Positions 1-10,006 of a DNA stretch of 64,000 nt are shown here, one piece after another. The translations under genes and the position numbers were made by a program. This DNA is from SAR202 cluster bacterium (GTDB taxonomy: Bacteria; Chloroflexota; Dehalococcoidia; UBA6926; VFHL01). The DNA lies in NCBI GenBank assembly GCA_009392005.1, contig VFHL01000005.1:49643-113642 (forward strand), in the 5' to 3' direction. How positions within the stretch are numbered: position 1 is the first letter of the stretch; every line of letters begins with the position of its first letter. A model generated the notes under the pieces. It did no database searches and was not told the origin of the DNA. It was given only the letters and a program-made list of their open reading frames with translations.

Positions 1-984
1 GTTCAAAGTGAAGCTGCAGAAATTATGCACAAGATTATGGATGGTGAGGCTACACCGTCGCAAATCGCGGGTTTCCTTATCGCTTTACGAGTAAAGGGAG
101 AAACTGTCGAAGAAATCGCTGGCCTCGCCAAAACCATGCGCGAGAAGGCCTTGTCCGTACACATTGATGGAACCAATCTCATTGATACGTGTGGAACCGG
201 GGGCGATAATTCCGGATCACTGAATATATCAACTGCAGCGGCTCTGGTTGCAGCCGGTGCAGGGGCGAACGTTGCGAAACATGGTAATCGATCAATGACT
301 TCGTCTTGTGGTTCTGCTGATGTTTTGGAAGCCCTAGGCGTCTCTGTTGACCTCGGACCTGAAGGCGTGGCGCGATCCATTAAAGAAGCAGGGATGGGTT
401 TCATGTTCGCCCAGACTTTTCATCCAGCGATGCGATATGTAGCTCCAGTCCGGCGAGAGCTTGGCGTCCGGACCGTGTTCAATATACTCGGTCCCTTAAC
501 AAATCCAGCTGCAGCCAAGTCACAAGTCCTAGGAGTCGCAGACCCAGCACTGGTGGAAAAGATGGCGAGGGTTTTGAGCCTTTTGGGTTCACGTCATGCT
601 CTCGTCGTGCATGGCGATGATGGGCTGGATGAATTCTCTCTAAGTGGACCAACAACAGTGGCAGAATTAAAAGATGGGCAGATATCCACCTATTCTGTCG
701 ATGCGAAAGATTTTGGTCTCGCGCCGGCGCCTAAATCAGCTTTATCTGGTGGAGACGCACAACAGAATGCTGGTCTTTTGTTAGATGTTTTACAAGGCGT
801 TCCAGGATCACATCGGGATGCAGTAATCATAAATGCCTCCGCTGCCTTAATGGTTAGTAACATAGCAAAAGATTTTCAAGAAGGCGTCAATATTGCCACT
901 GAGACAATTGATAGCGGGAAAGCGCGTTCCGCTTTAGATACTTTGGTACGTGTTTCCCAAGAATCCAGTAAGGCTTCTGATTAA
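1..984 (+). CDS. trpD: Anthranilate phosphoribosyltransferase, 5'-truncated by the window edge
   Basis: Motifs DTCGTGGD, NISTAAA, KHGNRS..S..GSADVLEALG and GLDE. Frame is open back to base 1. Confidence 0.97.
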   Translation, partial: VQSEAAEIMHKIMDGEATPSQIAGFLIALRVKGETVEEIAGLAKTMREKALSVHIDGTNLIDTCGTGGDNSGSLNISTAAALVAAGAGANVAKHGNRSMTSSCGSADVLEALGVSVDLGPEGVARSIKEAGMGFMFAQTFHPAMRYVAPVRRELGVRTVFNILGPLTNPAAAKSQVLGVADPALVEKMARVLSLLGSRHALVVHGDDGLDEFSLSGPTTVAELKDGQISTYSVDAKDFGLAPAPKSALSGGDAQQNAGLLLDVLQGVPGSHRDAVIINASAALMVSNIAKDFQEGVNIATETIDSGKARSALDTLVRVSQESSKASD

Positions 985-986
985 GA

Positions 987-1604
987 TTACGCATCCATGC
1001 CATCTTTGATATAAAGACCTCTTGAGCGTATATATTCATCTACTGCGACAGGAACCTTGTCCGTTATAGGATTCCCTTTGGCTACATGCCTCCTCAGTTC
1101 AGTAGCGCTAATGTCAATTTGTGACCCCGTCAAAACGATTAACTTTTTCTTAAGTTCAGGTAGTTTGTCGATGGTTCTCTTGATATCCTCTTGTGCTATC
1201 CCTGGACGGGGGAACGCTGCGAGAAAACAAAGACTAATTAATCGGTGTGGATCATGCCACAATGGTAGGTCCACAATTGAATCCATCCCAACAATAAAAA
1301 AAATCCGAGCCTGTTCACCCCGTTGAGCTTGTATAAATTTAATGGTGTCCACCGTATACGTTGGGCCGCTCCTATCTGTGTCCACCGTTGACATCGTGAA
1401 AAGAGGATTTTCTTCTATGCCCTTCTGAACCATGGAAATTCGGTGTTTCGCAGCTGAAACATATTGATTGCTTTTCAGCCATTGTTCACCAGCAGGGACG
1501 AACACTATTTCATCAAGCGAGAGCTGCTCAAGAGCCGTTGCCGCCACTTGAAGGTGTCCATTGTGCAGGGGATCAAAAGTGCCCCCCAAAACTCCTATGT
1601 CCAC
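987..1604 (-). CDS. nadD: Nicotinate-nucleotide adenylyltransferase
   Basis: GGTFDPLHNGH (HxGH), TYTVDT and ISATELR motifs; overlaps the obgE stop. Confidence 0.96.
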   Translation of the reverse strand: MDIGVLGGTFDPLHNGHLQVAATALEQLSLDEIVFVPAGEQWLKSNQYVSAAKHRISMVQKGIEENPLFTMSTVDTDRSGPTYTVDTIKFIQAQRGEQARIFFIVGMDSIVDLPLWHDPHRLISLCFLAAFPRPGIAQEDIKRTIDKLPELKKKLIVLTGSQIDISATELRRHVAKGNPITDKVPVAVDEYIRSRGLYIKDGMDA

Positions 1605-2866
1605 TCCAGCTCCAAACGCCCTATCCGGACCATGTCTCCAGGTTCGGCTCCTTTTTTGGCCAACTCGTTCATGATGCCCAGTCGCTCAAGCTCACCTTGA
1701 AATTGAGCTCGTGCCTCAGGATGATTGATATCGATTGCTGTTGCCAGTCGTTCGGCCCGATCATTCTTAACAATAAATACATCGTCTTTCTTTTGAATCA
1801 CGGTGGTGGGTTCCACGACCTGTACCTGAGGGGGTACTATCGTTTGCTGAACAGCCATCTTTTGTTCGGTCTGCCTTTTTTCTGTCACTACCTGTGCCAC
1901 ACGCTCAACTAAATGTTGTATTCCGTTACCAGAAAGAGAGGAAATGAAAAATGGTTCAACGCCCTCTTGCATAAAGGCATCTTTCATGGCTTGCTCTTTA
2001 TTGATTACTTCTGGTATATCAGTCTTTGTCACCGCGACAATTTGCGGTTTTTTGACAAGTTCGTCGTTATACTCTATCAACTCAGCGTTGATAGATCGCC
2101 ACATCTCAAGCGGTTCCTCCTCGGACCCATCAACAAGATGCACAAGAACAGCCGTACGTTCTATATGCCTAAGGAATTGATGGCCAAGTCCTTTGCCTTC
2201 GTGGGCCCCTTCAATAAGGCCAGGTAAGTCAGCCAATACAATATCTCTCCAACCCATCCGGACCACGCCCAAGTGCGGTTCCAGTGTTGTGAATGGATAT
2301 GCTCCCACTTCAGGCCGCGCCTTGCTGACCGCTCGCAACAAAGTTGATTTCCCGGCATTTGGAAAACCTATCAATCCAGCATCAGCAAGCAATTTCAGTT
2401 CAAGTCGTACGTGGATTTCCTCGACAGATTCACCGGCCTCGGCGAGCCTTGGTACTTGATTGATAGAGGAAACGAAACGCGCATTACCGCGCCCACCAAT
2501 CCCACCTCTAGCAACCATTAATTCTTGCTGATCTTCTGTAATCTCCCCAAGCATTTCTTCGGATGAGTCTCGATGCTTTTTCCATACGATGGTCCCTACT
2601 GGAACTGGTAATCGGAGATCATCACCTGTAGCGCCTATTCTGTTCTTGGGTCCACCACGTTGACCATTCTTAGCCGAATATTTTCTTTTTTGACCAAAGT
2701 TGCGCAAAGTTGACTCATCTTTTGAGCCAAAGAACCAAACCGACCCCCCATCACCTCCATCACCTCCATTTGGCCCACCTCGAGGGACATACTTTTCCCT
2801 ACGGAAACTGACGATTCCGTCTCCTCCTCCTCCAGGTTGGAGATATATTGTTATTTCATCAATCAT
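1595..2866 (-). CDS. obgE: GTPase ObgE/CgtA
   Basis: FRREKYVPRGGPNGGDGG, GFPNAGKST, YPFTT and DLPGLIEGA; C-terminal OCT-like domain. Confidence 0.98.
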   Translation of the reverse strand: MIDEITIYLQPGGGGDGIVSFRREKYVPRGGPNGGDGGDGGSVWFFGSKDESTLRNFGQKRKYSAKNGQRGGPKNRIGATGDDLRLPVPVGTIVWKKHRDSSEEMLGEITEDQQELMVARGGIGGRGNARFVSSINQVPRLAEAGESVEEIHVRLELKLLADAGLIGFPNAGKSTLLRAVSKARPEVGAYPFTTLEPHLGVVRMGWRDIVLADLPGLIEGAHEGKGLGHQFLRHIERTAVLVHLVDGSEEEPLEMWRSINAELIEYNDELVKKPQIVAVTKTDIPEVINKEQAMKDAFMQEGVEPFFISSLSGNGIQHLVERVAQVVTEKRQTEQKMAVQQTIVPPQVQVVEPTTVIQKKDDVFIVKNDRAERLATAIDINHPEARAQFQGELERLGIMNELAKKGAEPGDMVRIGRLELEWT

Positions 2867-3190
2867 TTTCTTAACTGTTCTTACACTCTAGATATTCTTA
2901 TAGATCTTTTTTATTAATACTTATTTTAATTATAAGGAATAATATGGAAATAAAATGAATCTGTATTTGTATTGTTTGTGTGGCCTGTTGGAAAAAGGTA
3001 AGAAATAATGAATAGAAAAAGATGGCATAGATTAGATGGATCTTACACCAATCACCTCAAAACCTTAAAAAATCTAGAATGAGCTGTTTTCAACCGCTTG
3101 ATATAGGAAATATCTGATCTGTTGGAAGTTTTTAAGAGGCTTTTACCTAAATTGTTTCCAAAAGGAAAAGGTTTCGATCAATGACGTCTA
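2867..3190. other. AT-rich intergenic region, candidate replication origin
   Basis: Very AT-rich 2880-2975; GATCTTTTTTATT at 2903-2915; repeated CTGTTGGAA-like 9-mers. Confidence 0.4.
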
Positions 3191-3224
3191 CGTGGGGCAT
3201 GAAGGCACAAAAGGAGAAGCGGGA

Positions 3225-4406
3225 ATGGATGTAATGGCATTGGACCATATTAAAGTGTTGGATATGACAAGGTTGGCGCCTGGACCATTTTGCACAATGG
3301 TTTTGGGTGATTTTGGAGCTGATATCTTGCGGATCGAACAGCCCATCGGTTTGCCAAGAAATGACGAAGAGAGGAACACGCAAAAAAGAGAGTCAGCATT
3401 TAACCCCCTCAATCGGAATAAAAGAAGCATAGGTCTTAACCTTATGGAAAAAGAAGCTCGGGAGGTAGTTTATAAATTAGTAGAAAAATCTGATGTCTAT
3501 GTGGAGGGTTTTCGGCCAGGAAGAGCAGAAGAGATGGGTGTTGATTACGAAACCTTAGCAGCAATTAATCCGCGTTTGATCTATTGTTCGATAAGCGGTT
3601 ATGGCCAAGATGGTCCATATCGGGGTCTCGTCGGTCATGACTTGAATTACATATCAATTGGCGGAGCCCTGGATATGATTGGAGCAGAGAATGGACCGCC
3701 GGCGATCCCGAACAATATAATTGCGGATTTCGCTAGTGGTGGCCTCTTAGCAGCTCTTTCCATAAGTTTTGCTATCTTGGCGCGCGAAAAAACAGGGAAG
3801 GGACAATACATTGATATGTCTATGACAGACGGTGTTATGTATTTAATGGCATCCCTGACAAAGGACTTTTTCGCTGCTGGAAAGATTCCGGCCAAGGGAT
3901 CAGATCGGCTTAACGGCGGATTGCCCCATTACAACGTTTACGAATGTAAAGATGGAAAATATCTGAGCGTTGGTTGTCTGGAAGATAGGTTTTTCGATGA
4001 CTTAGTCAGGGCCTTGGATCGCCCTGACCTTGTTGGGCATGTTGGAGACCCTAAACAGCGTGAAGAACAATTCTCCTTTTTTGAAGAAGAATTCAAGAAA
4101 AAGACGCGAGATGAATGGTTTAATCAATTATTTAATGCTGGAGACGTCGCGATAGGAAAAGTAAACGATATGGCGGAAGCGTTTAACGACGAACAATTAA
4201 TTCAGAGAAAAATGTTGGTTGAGGCGGGTAACTGGAATGGTGAAATCATAAAACAAGTAGGGATCGGACCGAAAATGATGGGCACTCCAGGGAAAGTCCG
4301 AGATTTAGGACCGTTTATTGGAGAAAACACGAATGAAGTATTAGATTCTTTAGGATACGATTCGCAGACCATCAACCACTTCAGGGAAAGTGGCATCGTT
4401 GGATAA
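3225..4406 (+). CDS. CaiB/BaiF (class III) CoA-transferase, alpha-methylacyl-CoA racemase-like
   Basis: LAPGPFCTMVLGDFGAD, NRNKRSI, EGFRPG and GHDLNY. Start placed at the ATG after AAGGAG; the ORF track starts at 3192. Confidence 0.9.
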   Translation: MDVMALDHIKVLDMTRLAPGPFCTMVLGDFGADILRIEQPIGLPRNDEERNTQKRESAFNPLNRNKRSIGLNLMEKEAREVVYKLVEKSDVYVEGFRPGRAEEMGVDYETLAAINPRLIYCSISGYGQDGPYRGLVGHDLNYISIGGALDMIGAENGPPAIPNNIIADFASGGLLAALSISFAILAREKTGKGQYIDMSMTDGVMYLMASLTKDFFAAGKIPAKGSDRLNGGLPHYNVYECKDGKYLSVGCLEDRFFDDLVRALDRPDLVGHVGDPKQREEQFSFFEEEFKKKTRDEWFNQLFNAGDVAIGKVNDMAEAFNDEQLIQRKMLVEAGNWNGEIIKQVGIGPKMMGTPGKVRDLGPFIGENTNEVLDSLGYDSQTINHFRESGIVG

Positions 4407-4430
4407 ACGAATAAATTTCAAGAGACAAAA

Positions 4431-5711
4431 TTATGGCCGGACATGGCCGTCTCCCTTAATAACCCATTTATAACTAGTAAGTTCTCGTAAGCCAAGTGGC
4501 CCACGAACATGCATCTTATCAGTGATTATCCCAACCTCGGCTCCAAGCCCTAATTGGGCGCCATCTGTAAACCGGGTAGATGCATTCACGAACACAGCTG
4601 CAGAGTCGACAGTATCTAAGAAAATTGTCGCATTTGATTGATCTTCGGTCAAAATGGCGTCTGAATGGCCAGATCCATATTGGTCGATGTGGCTTAAAGC
4701 TTCTTCCAAGCTATCAACAACTTTGATAGCTGCGGTTAAGGACAAAAATTCCTTACCCCAATCATCGGTAGTCGCAGATTTGATGGTTGCCTCTGGGTAA
4801 TCACCAAGGATGAGCTGTGATCTCTCATCTGCATGAATTTCTACATTCGCCATCCCCCACTCTTTCGCGACTAGCGGAAGAATTCTTGGCGCAATAGATT
4901 CGTGTACCAAAAGAGTATCTAAAGCATTGCAAACCGTTGGCCTTTGGACCTTTGCGTTAACAGCGATAGCCACGGCCTTCTCAATATCTGCACTAGAATC
5001 GACGAATGTATGGCAAACACCAATCCCCCCGGTGGCAACGGGGACAGTTGCATGTTCTCTCACAAATTCAATGAGGCTTTCGCTGCCGCGAGGAACCAAT
5101 AAATCAATCCCACCTTTATATGTCAGCATTTCTTGGGCTATTCGTCTGTTTGGTGATTGGATCATTTGCACACTATCTGATGGGATTCCCGCTGCAATAA
5201 CGGCATCCTGGACAACATTGGCAAGAGCATGATTTGAAAGAATCGCTTCGTGTCCGCCTCTCAAAATACAAGCGTTGCCCGATTTTATTGCTAACGATGC
5301 GATATCCACCGTTACATTCGGCCTGCTTTCATAGATTGAAGCAAGCACTCCAAGAGGTACTCGACGTCTACTAATATCGAGGCCATTAGGTAAAACCGCA
5401 GCGTCAAATATTTCACCAACGGGATCTTCTAGGCCTGCGATTGTCATCACGTCGTCGGCCATTGCTTCTAAACGGTCTTTATTTAGCAAAAGCCGGTCTA
5501 ACATAACTTCTGATAGCCCTTCTTGTGCTGCTGATTCGTAATCCCCAGCGTTCGCTAGAAGTATCTCATCTGACCTTTTGATGAGTGCCTTCGAGATGTT
5601 TTCAAGAGCCTTATTTTTCACTTGCGTCGAGGCGAGAGCAAGTTGTCGAGACGCGACGCGCGCTGCGTCGACTTTTTCAACTAACTCTGCTGTTCGCTCT
5701 TCGAGTTGCAT
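4431..5711 (-). CDS. proA: Gamma-glutamyl phosphate reductase
   Basis: VPLGV..IYESRPNVT, CNALDTLLVH and VNASTRFTDG motifs. Confidence 0.97.
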   Translation of the reverse strand: MQLEERTAELVEKVDAARVASRQLALASTQVKNKALENISKALIKRSDEILLANAGDYESAAQEGLSEVMLDRLLLNKDRLEAMADDVMTIAGLEDPVGEIFDAAVLPNGLDISRRRVPLGVLASIYESRPNVTVDIASLAIKSGNACILRGGHEAILSNHALANVVQDAVIAAGIPSDSVQMIQSPNRRIAQEMLTYKGGIDLLVPRGSESLIEFVREHATVPVATGGIGVCHTFVDSSADIEKAVAIAVNAKVQRPTVCNALDTLLVHESIAPRILPLVAKEWGMANVEIHADERSQLILGDYPEATIKSATTDDWGKEFLSLTAAIKVVDSLEEALSHIDQYGSGHSDAILTEDQSNATIFLDTVDSAAVFVNASTRFTDGAQLGLGAEVGIITDKMHVRGPLGLRELTSYKWVIKGDGHVRP

Positions 5712-5844
5712 CGTGTCATCCTCCGTGAAATAATTTCAATTAATAAGCGGTCTGTATTCTAAAAGGTCGAATTTATTGAGAGACAGTATACAGCAACAAA
5801 AACTAGCCGCACGCCATAAATTTGGCATTTCACACGTGCCCTTT

Positions 5845-6978
5845 TTACATCACCACAAGATTATTCCGATGAATGACCTCTGATCCAAAATCATTCTCAA
5901 CAACACTAGAAACACTGGAGGAGTGGTGGCCCATAAAGCGTTTGATATCATCAGATCCATAATTGGTGATTCCACACGCTAGGCGTTCGCCGTTTTCATG
6001 CACAATGTCGATGACATCGCCACGATTGAATTCTCCTGTTACATTACTGATCCCAATAGGCAATAGGCTGCTTTGCTCCTCGCGTAAGGCTTTAGCTGCA
6101 CCATTATCGACAATGACAGCGCCTTGAGGCCCTGTGTGACTCAGCATCCATCTTTTCCTGCTTTCTAACCTGGTTGAAGTCGCTGGAAAAAATGTTCCCG
6201 TTGAAATTCCTGACGCGATGCTTATCAAAATGTTCGGTTCTGTACCCTTGCCAATAAAAACTGCCGTGCCTGAAGAAGTCGCCAGCCGAGCAGCTTCAAT
6301 TTTGGTAGTCATACCGCCCTTGGATCTTGAGGAAAATGTGTCTTGAGCAACTTTTTCTATTCTTGAATCTATCTCTGGTACTTCTCGAATGAGCTGGGCA
6401 TCAGGGTTAAGAGTAGGGTCCGCAGTATAAAGGCCATTTGTGTCTGTCAACAAAGCTAAGAGATCTGCGTCGACAAGATTCGCGACCATGGCCGAAAGGT
6501 TGTCATTGTCCCCAAATGTTTTAGCCTCTATTTCATCTGTGGATACAACATCATTTTCATTAATAATCGGAACAGCACCCAGCTCTATGAGCTCTAAGAG
6601 CGTATTGCGAACATTCAAGTAACCTGCACGATCATCCACATCGCGACGTGAAATGAGCGCTTGAGCCACCGGTATATTATGTGCAGAGAACAGTTCCCCG
6701 TACACATGCATTAGTTCGCTCTGGCCAAGAGCTGCTTGTGCTTGGGTGGATGGCAAATCGCGAGGATGGAGCGATACTAATTTGGAACGTCCAGCGGCAA
6801 TCGCCCCCGAACTGACAATGATTACTTTTGAACCCTGTGATAAAAGATGTGCTATTTGCGAAACCAGCGCTTTCATCACATCTACGTTCAATTGATCTGT
6901 GCCAGCTGTTAACAAATTCGTACCGAACTTGGCCACGATCTGGCGATATTTAAAATCAGACGGTTTATTAGATGACAT
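5845..6978 (-). CDS. proB: Glutamate 5-kinase
   Basis: KFGT, VSSGAIAAG, NEND, FGDNDNLSA and GGMTTK; C-terminal PUA domain (EVIHRNNLV). Confidence 0.97.
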   Translation of the reverse strand: MSSNKPSDFKYRQIVAKFGTNLLTAGTDQLNVDVMKALVSQIAHLLSQGSKVIIVSSGAIAAGRSKLVSLHPRDLPSTQAQAALGQSELMHVYGELFSAHNIPVAQALISRRDVDDRAGYLNVRNTLLELIELGAVPIINENDVVSTDEIEAKTFGDNDNLSAMVANLVDADLLALLTDTNGLYTADPTLNPDAQLIREVPEIDSRIEKVAQDTFSSRSKGGMTTKIEAARLATSSGTAVFIGKGTEPNILISIASGISTGTFFPATSTRLESRKRWMLSHTGPQGAVIVDNGAAKALREEQSSLLPIGISNVTGEFNRGDVIDIVHENGERLACGITNYGSDDIKRFMGHHSSSVSSVVENDFGSEVIHRNNLVVM

Positions 6979-7037
6979 GTTAATACAATAATATTCCCTT
7001 TTGTGCCTCTGCTACAATCGCCATAAACAAAATATAG

Positions 7038-8246
7038 GTGGTTACGATTTATATCCAACGCCTTTCTCTCACATATTTTCGCAACTATCAAGAGCAGGAA
7101 GTAGATCTAGCAAGGGGCATCAATGTTCTCCATGGGGTAAATGCCCAGGGGAAAACCAACTTTCTAGAAGCCTGCTACTTGATTGGCACAACTCGCGCTT
7201 TTAGAACGAGATTTGATCGCGAGCTGATAGGCTGGGGGGCGGCTAAGGAGCCATTACCCTATGCGCGTGTTATTGCGAATACGCAACAAGCGTCTGGTGC
7301 AACCGAACTCGAGGTGGTAATTCAAGCTAATAGTACGCGGCCAAACTTACAAACGAATCATGATCACGAAAATGTGTTGTCACCACCAGGAATATATAAG
7401 GATTTCAGCTTCCAAAGAAGTTATCGGATAAATAAAACCCGTCGACGTACTGCGGATATGATAGGTGAACTGAGGATTGTTTTGTTCGCTCCGCAAGACG
7501 TTGAATTAGCAAAAGGGTCACCGACTCAGAGGCGTAGATACATTGACCTGTCGATTAGCCAGATCAACAAGCGATACCTCCAAACACTTCAAGAATATAA
7601 CCGAATAATTACTCAAAGAAACTCACTACTTCGCCGCATTCGAGACCAACAAGCAAACGTCGCCCAATTGGGATTTTGGAATAAAGAATTAGTTGAATTA
7701 GGATCAAGCGTTCTTTTTACTCGACTAGAAATGCTATCGGAGTTAAATGCCATCATCAAAAGTACTCATGCTAATTTAATTAATGAAGCTAAAACCATAT
7801 TCGTTGATTATGAGCCAACATTGGAAATACAGGATAAAAAAGTGGCTGCTTTAGAAGAATCATTTCAAAGAGCCCTTGAAGTAAATCAAAGTCGAGAGAT
7901 TGCAGCGGGGCAAACTTTGATCGGTCCACACCGAGATGATATCCGTTTTTTGCTTGATGGAATTGACATAGGCATTTATGGTTCGCGGGGTGAAAACCGA
8001 ACGGTTGCTGTAGCATTAAAGCTTGCTGAGGCGGAGTATATGCGAACCATATCGGGAGAAGCACCAGTGCTATTGCTTGATGATGTTTTATCAGAATTGG
8101 ACCTGAATCGCCAAGCACATCTTCTGCGAGCGATATCCGAATATGATCAAGCGATTCTTACTACAACGGATTTGAACCAAATTCCTAGTGACGTCATACA
8201 AGGAACATCTTCGTACCAAGTCACAAATGGCGTTATTCCAGATTAA
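7038..8246 (+). CDS. recF: DNA replication/repair protein RecF
   Basis: FRNY, GVNAQGKTN, GPHRDD, GSRGE and LLLDDVLSELD. Confidence 0.96.
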   Translation: MVTIYIQRLSLTYFRNYQEQEVDLARGINVLHGVNAQGKTNFLEACYLIGTTRAFRTRFDRELIGWGAAKEPLPYARVIANTQQASGATELEVVIQANSTRPNLQTNHDHENVLSPPGIYKDFSFQRSYRINKTRRRTADMIGELRIVLFAPQDVELAKGSPTQRRRYIDLSISQINKRYLQTLQEYNRIITQRNSLLRRIRDQQANVAQLGFWNKELVELGSSVLFTRLEMLSELNAIIKSTHANLINEAKTIFVDYEPTLEIQDKKVAALEESFQRALEVNQSREIAAGQTLIGPHRDDIRFLLDGIDIGIYGSRGENRTVAVALKLAEAEYMRTISGEAPVLLLDDVLSELDLNRQAHLLRAISEYDQAILTTTDLNQIPSDVIQGTSSYQVTNGVIPD

Positions 8247-8270
8247 AAAGGGGATTTAATACCGTCAAAA

Positions 8271-8954
8271 TTAGATATTGTCTGTATTAAATCGATACCC
8301 CACGTTTCGTACCGTGTCAACAAATGTATGAGCAGGGTCCTCTAACTTCGCTCGGAGGCGACGAATGTGAACATCTACGGTTCTAGTGCCGCCGAAGTAA
8401 TCGTAACCCCAAACTCGATTCATTAGCACTTCACGGGTGAAGACTCTGCCAGGGTGTGACGCGAGGAGTTTCAAAACCTCATATTCTTTGAAAGTTAGCG
8501 TGACTTCACGTCCAGAGACCCATACTTCATAGCGGTTCAGATCAAGTAAAAGATCTCCTAATCGAATAGTTTCTTGGCCGATCTCTTTTTGCCGCGTCCA
8601 AAGAAGCTGATCAATTCGTACAAGGATTTCATCTGCTGTGAATGGGCGAACTACAAAATCATCAAAACCAAGTGTGAAATCAAAATCATGAAGATCGAAG
8701 TTACTAATAATCCCGAGAACAGGTATAAACGAATCGCGATGCGCTTGCGAAATGATGGTGGATAGCGACTCAACGGACATGATTCGTGGTGAAAGATCAA
8801 TTAGTATGACATCAGGTTTGGGAGAACTGAAGAAACCTTCAATATCTTGTTCACGCTCAATATATTTAGACGAATGGGAGCCGCCCTCGAGCTCTTCGCA
8901 GAGATCACGGAGGTCAATACTGTCAGAATGGCCAACAACCCCTATAAGCATCAT
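8271..8954 (-). CDS. Orphan OmpR-family response regulator, GlnR-like
   Basis: wHTH LTFKEYE...HPGRVFTRE...VWGYDYFGGTRTVDVHIRRLRAKL...TVRNVGYRF. Atypical receiver domain; no adjacent kinase. Confidence 0.85.
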   Translation of the reverse strand: MMLIGVVGHSDSIDLRDLCEELEGGSHSSKYIEREQDIEGFFSSPKPDVILIDLSPRIMSVESLSTIISQAHRDSFIPVLGIISNFDLHDFDFTLGFDDFVVRPFTADEILVRIDQLLWTRQKEIGQETIRLGDLLLDLNRYEVWVSGREVTLTFKEYEVLKLLASHPGRVFTREVLMNRVWGYDYFGGTRTVDVHIRRLRAKLEDPAHTFVDTVRNVGYRFNTDNI

Positions 8955-9133
8955 GCGTCCCTTATCAAAAAGTCAGTATAACATCTGATCCGGCGCTCAA
9001 AGGTCTCATATTTGCGGGTAACGAATACATGTTTTGCTTGCAATAAAGTGTTGATCGTGGCCTAGGAAGGTGGGAAAATTAGCTTACTGGATTAGAGCCG
9101 CCTCACATATCTCTAAAATCAAAGGATTGGTCC

Positions 9134-10000
9134 ATGAAAACGAACAAAAGATTACCCGAATGGTTCAAAGTGAAAGCCCCCGGAACAGAAAACTACCGAC
9201 ACATAAAGTCAATTATTAACGATGAATCTTTAAACACCGTTTGTGAGGAAGCAAGATGTCCAAATATTGGAGATTGTTGGGATCGTGGCACTGCCACTTT
9301 CATGATTCTTGGAGACGTTTGTACGCGTGCCTGCCGGTATTGCGCGGTGGTTTCTGGTAAGCGTGGTGGTGACCTTGATATCTATGAACCACTCAGGGTC
9401 GCTCAAGCTGTAAAGCGGATGGGAATTCAGCATGCTGTCGTTACGTCAGTTGACCGTGATGATTTGCCTGATGGGGGGGCAGCGGTTTTTGCACAGACGA
9501 TTCATACTATTCGCCGTATTGCCCCTGGAGTTCGGGTTGAGGTTCTTACCCCTGACTTTGGCGGGAATTGGGATGCCTTGAATTCGGTAATTAGTGCAAA
9601 ACCAGATATATTCAATCACAATATTGAGACCTCTGAAAGGATTTTTCGCGTAGTGCGACCAAAAGGAAATTACGCGTTATCATTAGAATTCCTTGCTCGT
9701 GTAAATGCCACGAATTGCCCTTCGAAATCTGGAATGATGGTTGGCCTTGGCGAGACAAAAGAAGAGATTATTGAAACCATGGATGACTTAAGGCGAGTGA
9801 AGTGCGACATCCTTACTATTGGCCAATATTTGAGGCCATCCGCCAAACATGTGCCGTTGGATCGGTACTATACGCCAGCGGAATTTATGGAATTAAAGGA
9901 GATTGCGTTAGGAAAAGGGTTTACTCATGTCGAGGCTGGACCACTTGTGCGCAGTTCATATCATGCCGAGGAACAGAGTATAGCGGCAGGTAGAAAATAG
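9134..10000 (+). CDS. lipA: Lipoyl synthase
   Basis: CEEARCPNIGDC, radical-SAM motif CTRACRYC, and RSSY. Confidence 0.97.
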   Translation: MKTNKRLPEWFKVKAPGTENYRHIKSIINDESLNTVCEEARCPNIGDCWDRGTATFMILGDVCTRACRYCAVVSGKRGGDLDIYEPLRVAQAVKRMGIQHAVVTSVDRDDLPDGGAAVFAQTIHTIRRIAPGVRVEVLTPDFGGNWDALNSVISAKPDIFNHNIETSERIFRVVRPKGNYALSLEFLARVNATNCPSKSGMMVGLGETKEEIIETMDDLRRVKCDILTIGQYLRPSAKHVPLDRYYTPAEFMELKEIALGKGFTHVEAGPLVRSSYHAEEQSIAAGRK

Positions 10001-10006
10001 ATCGCG

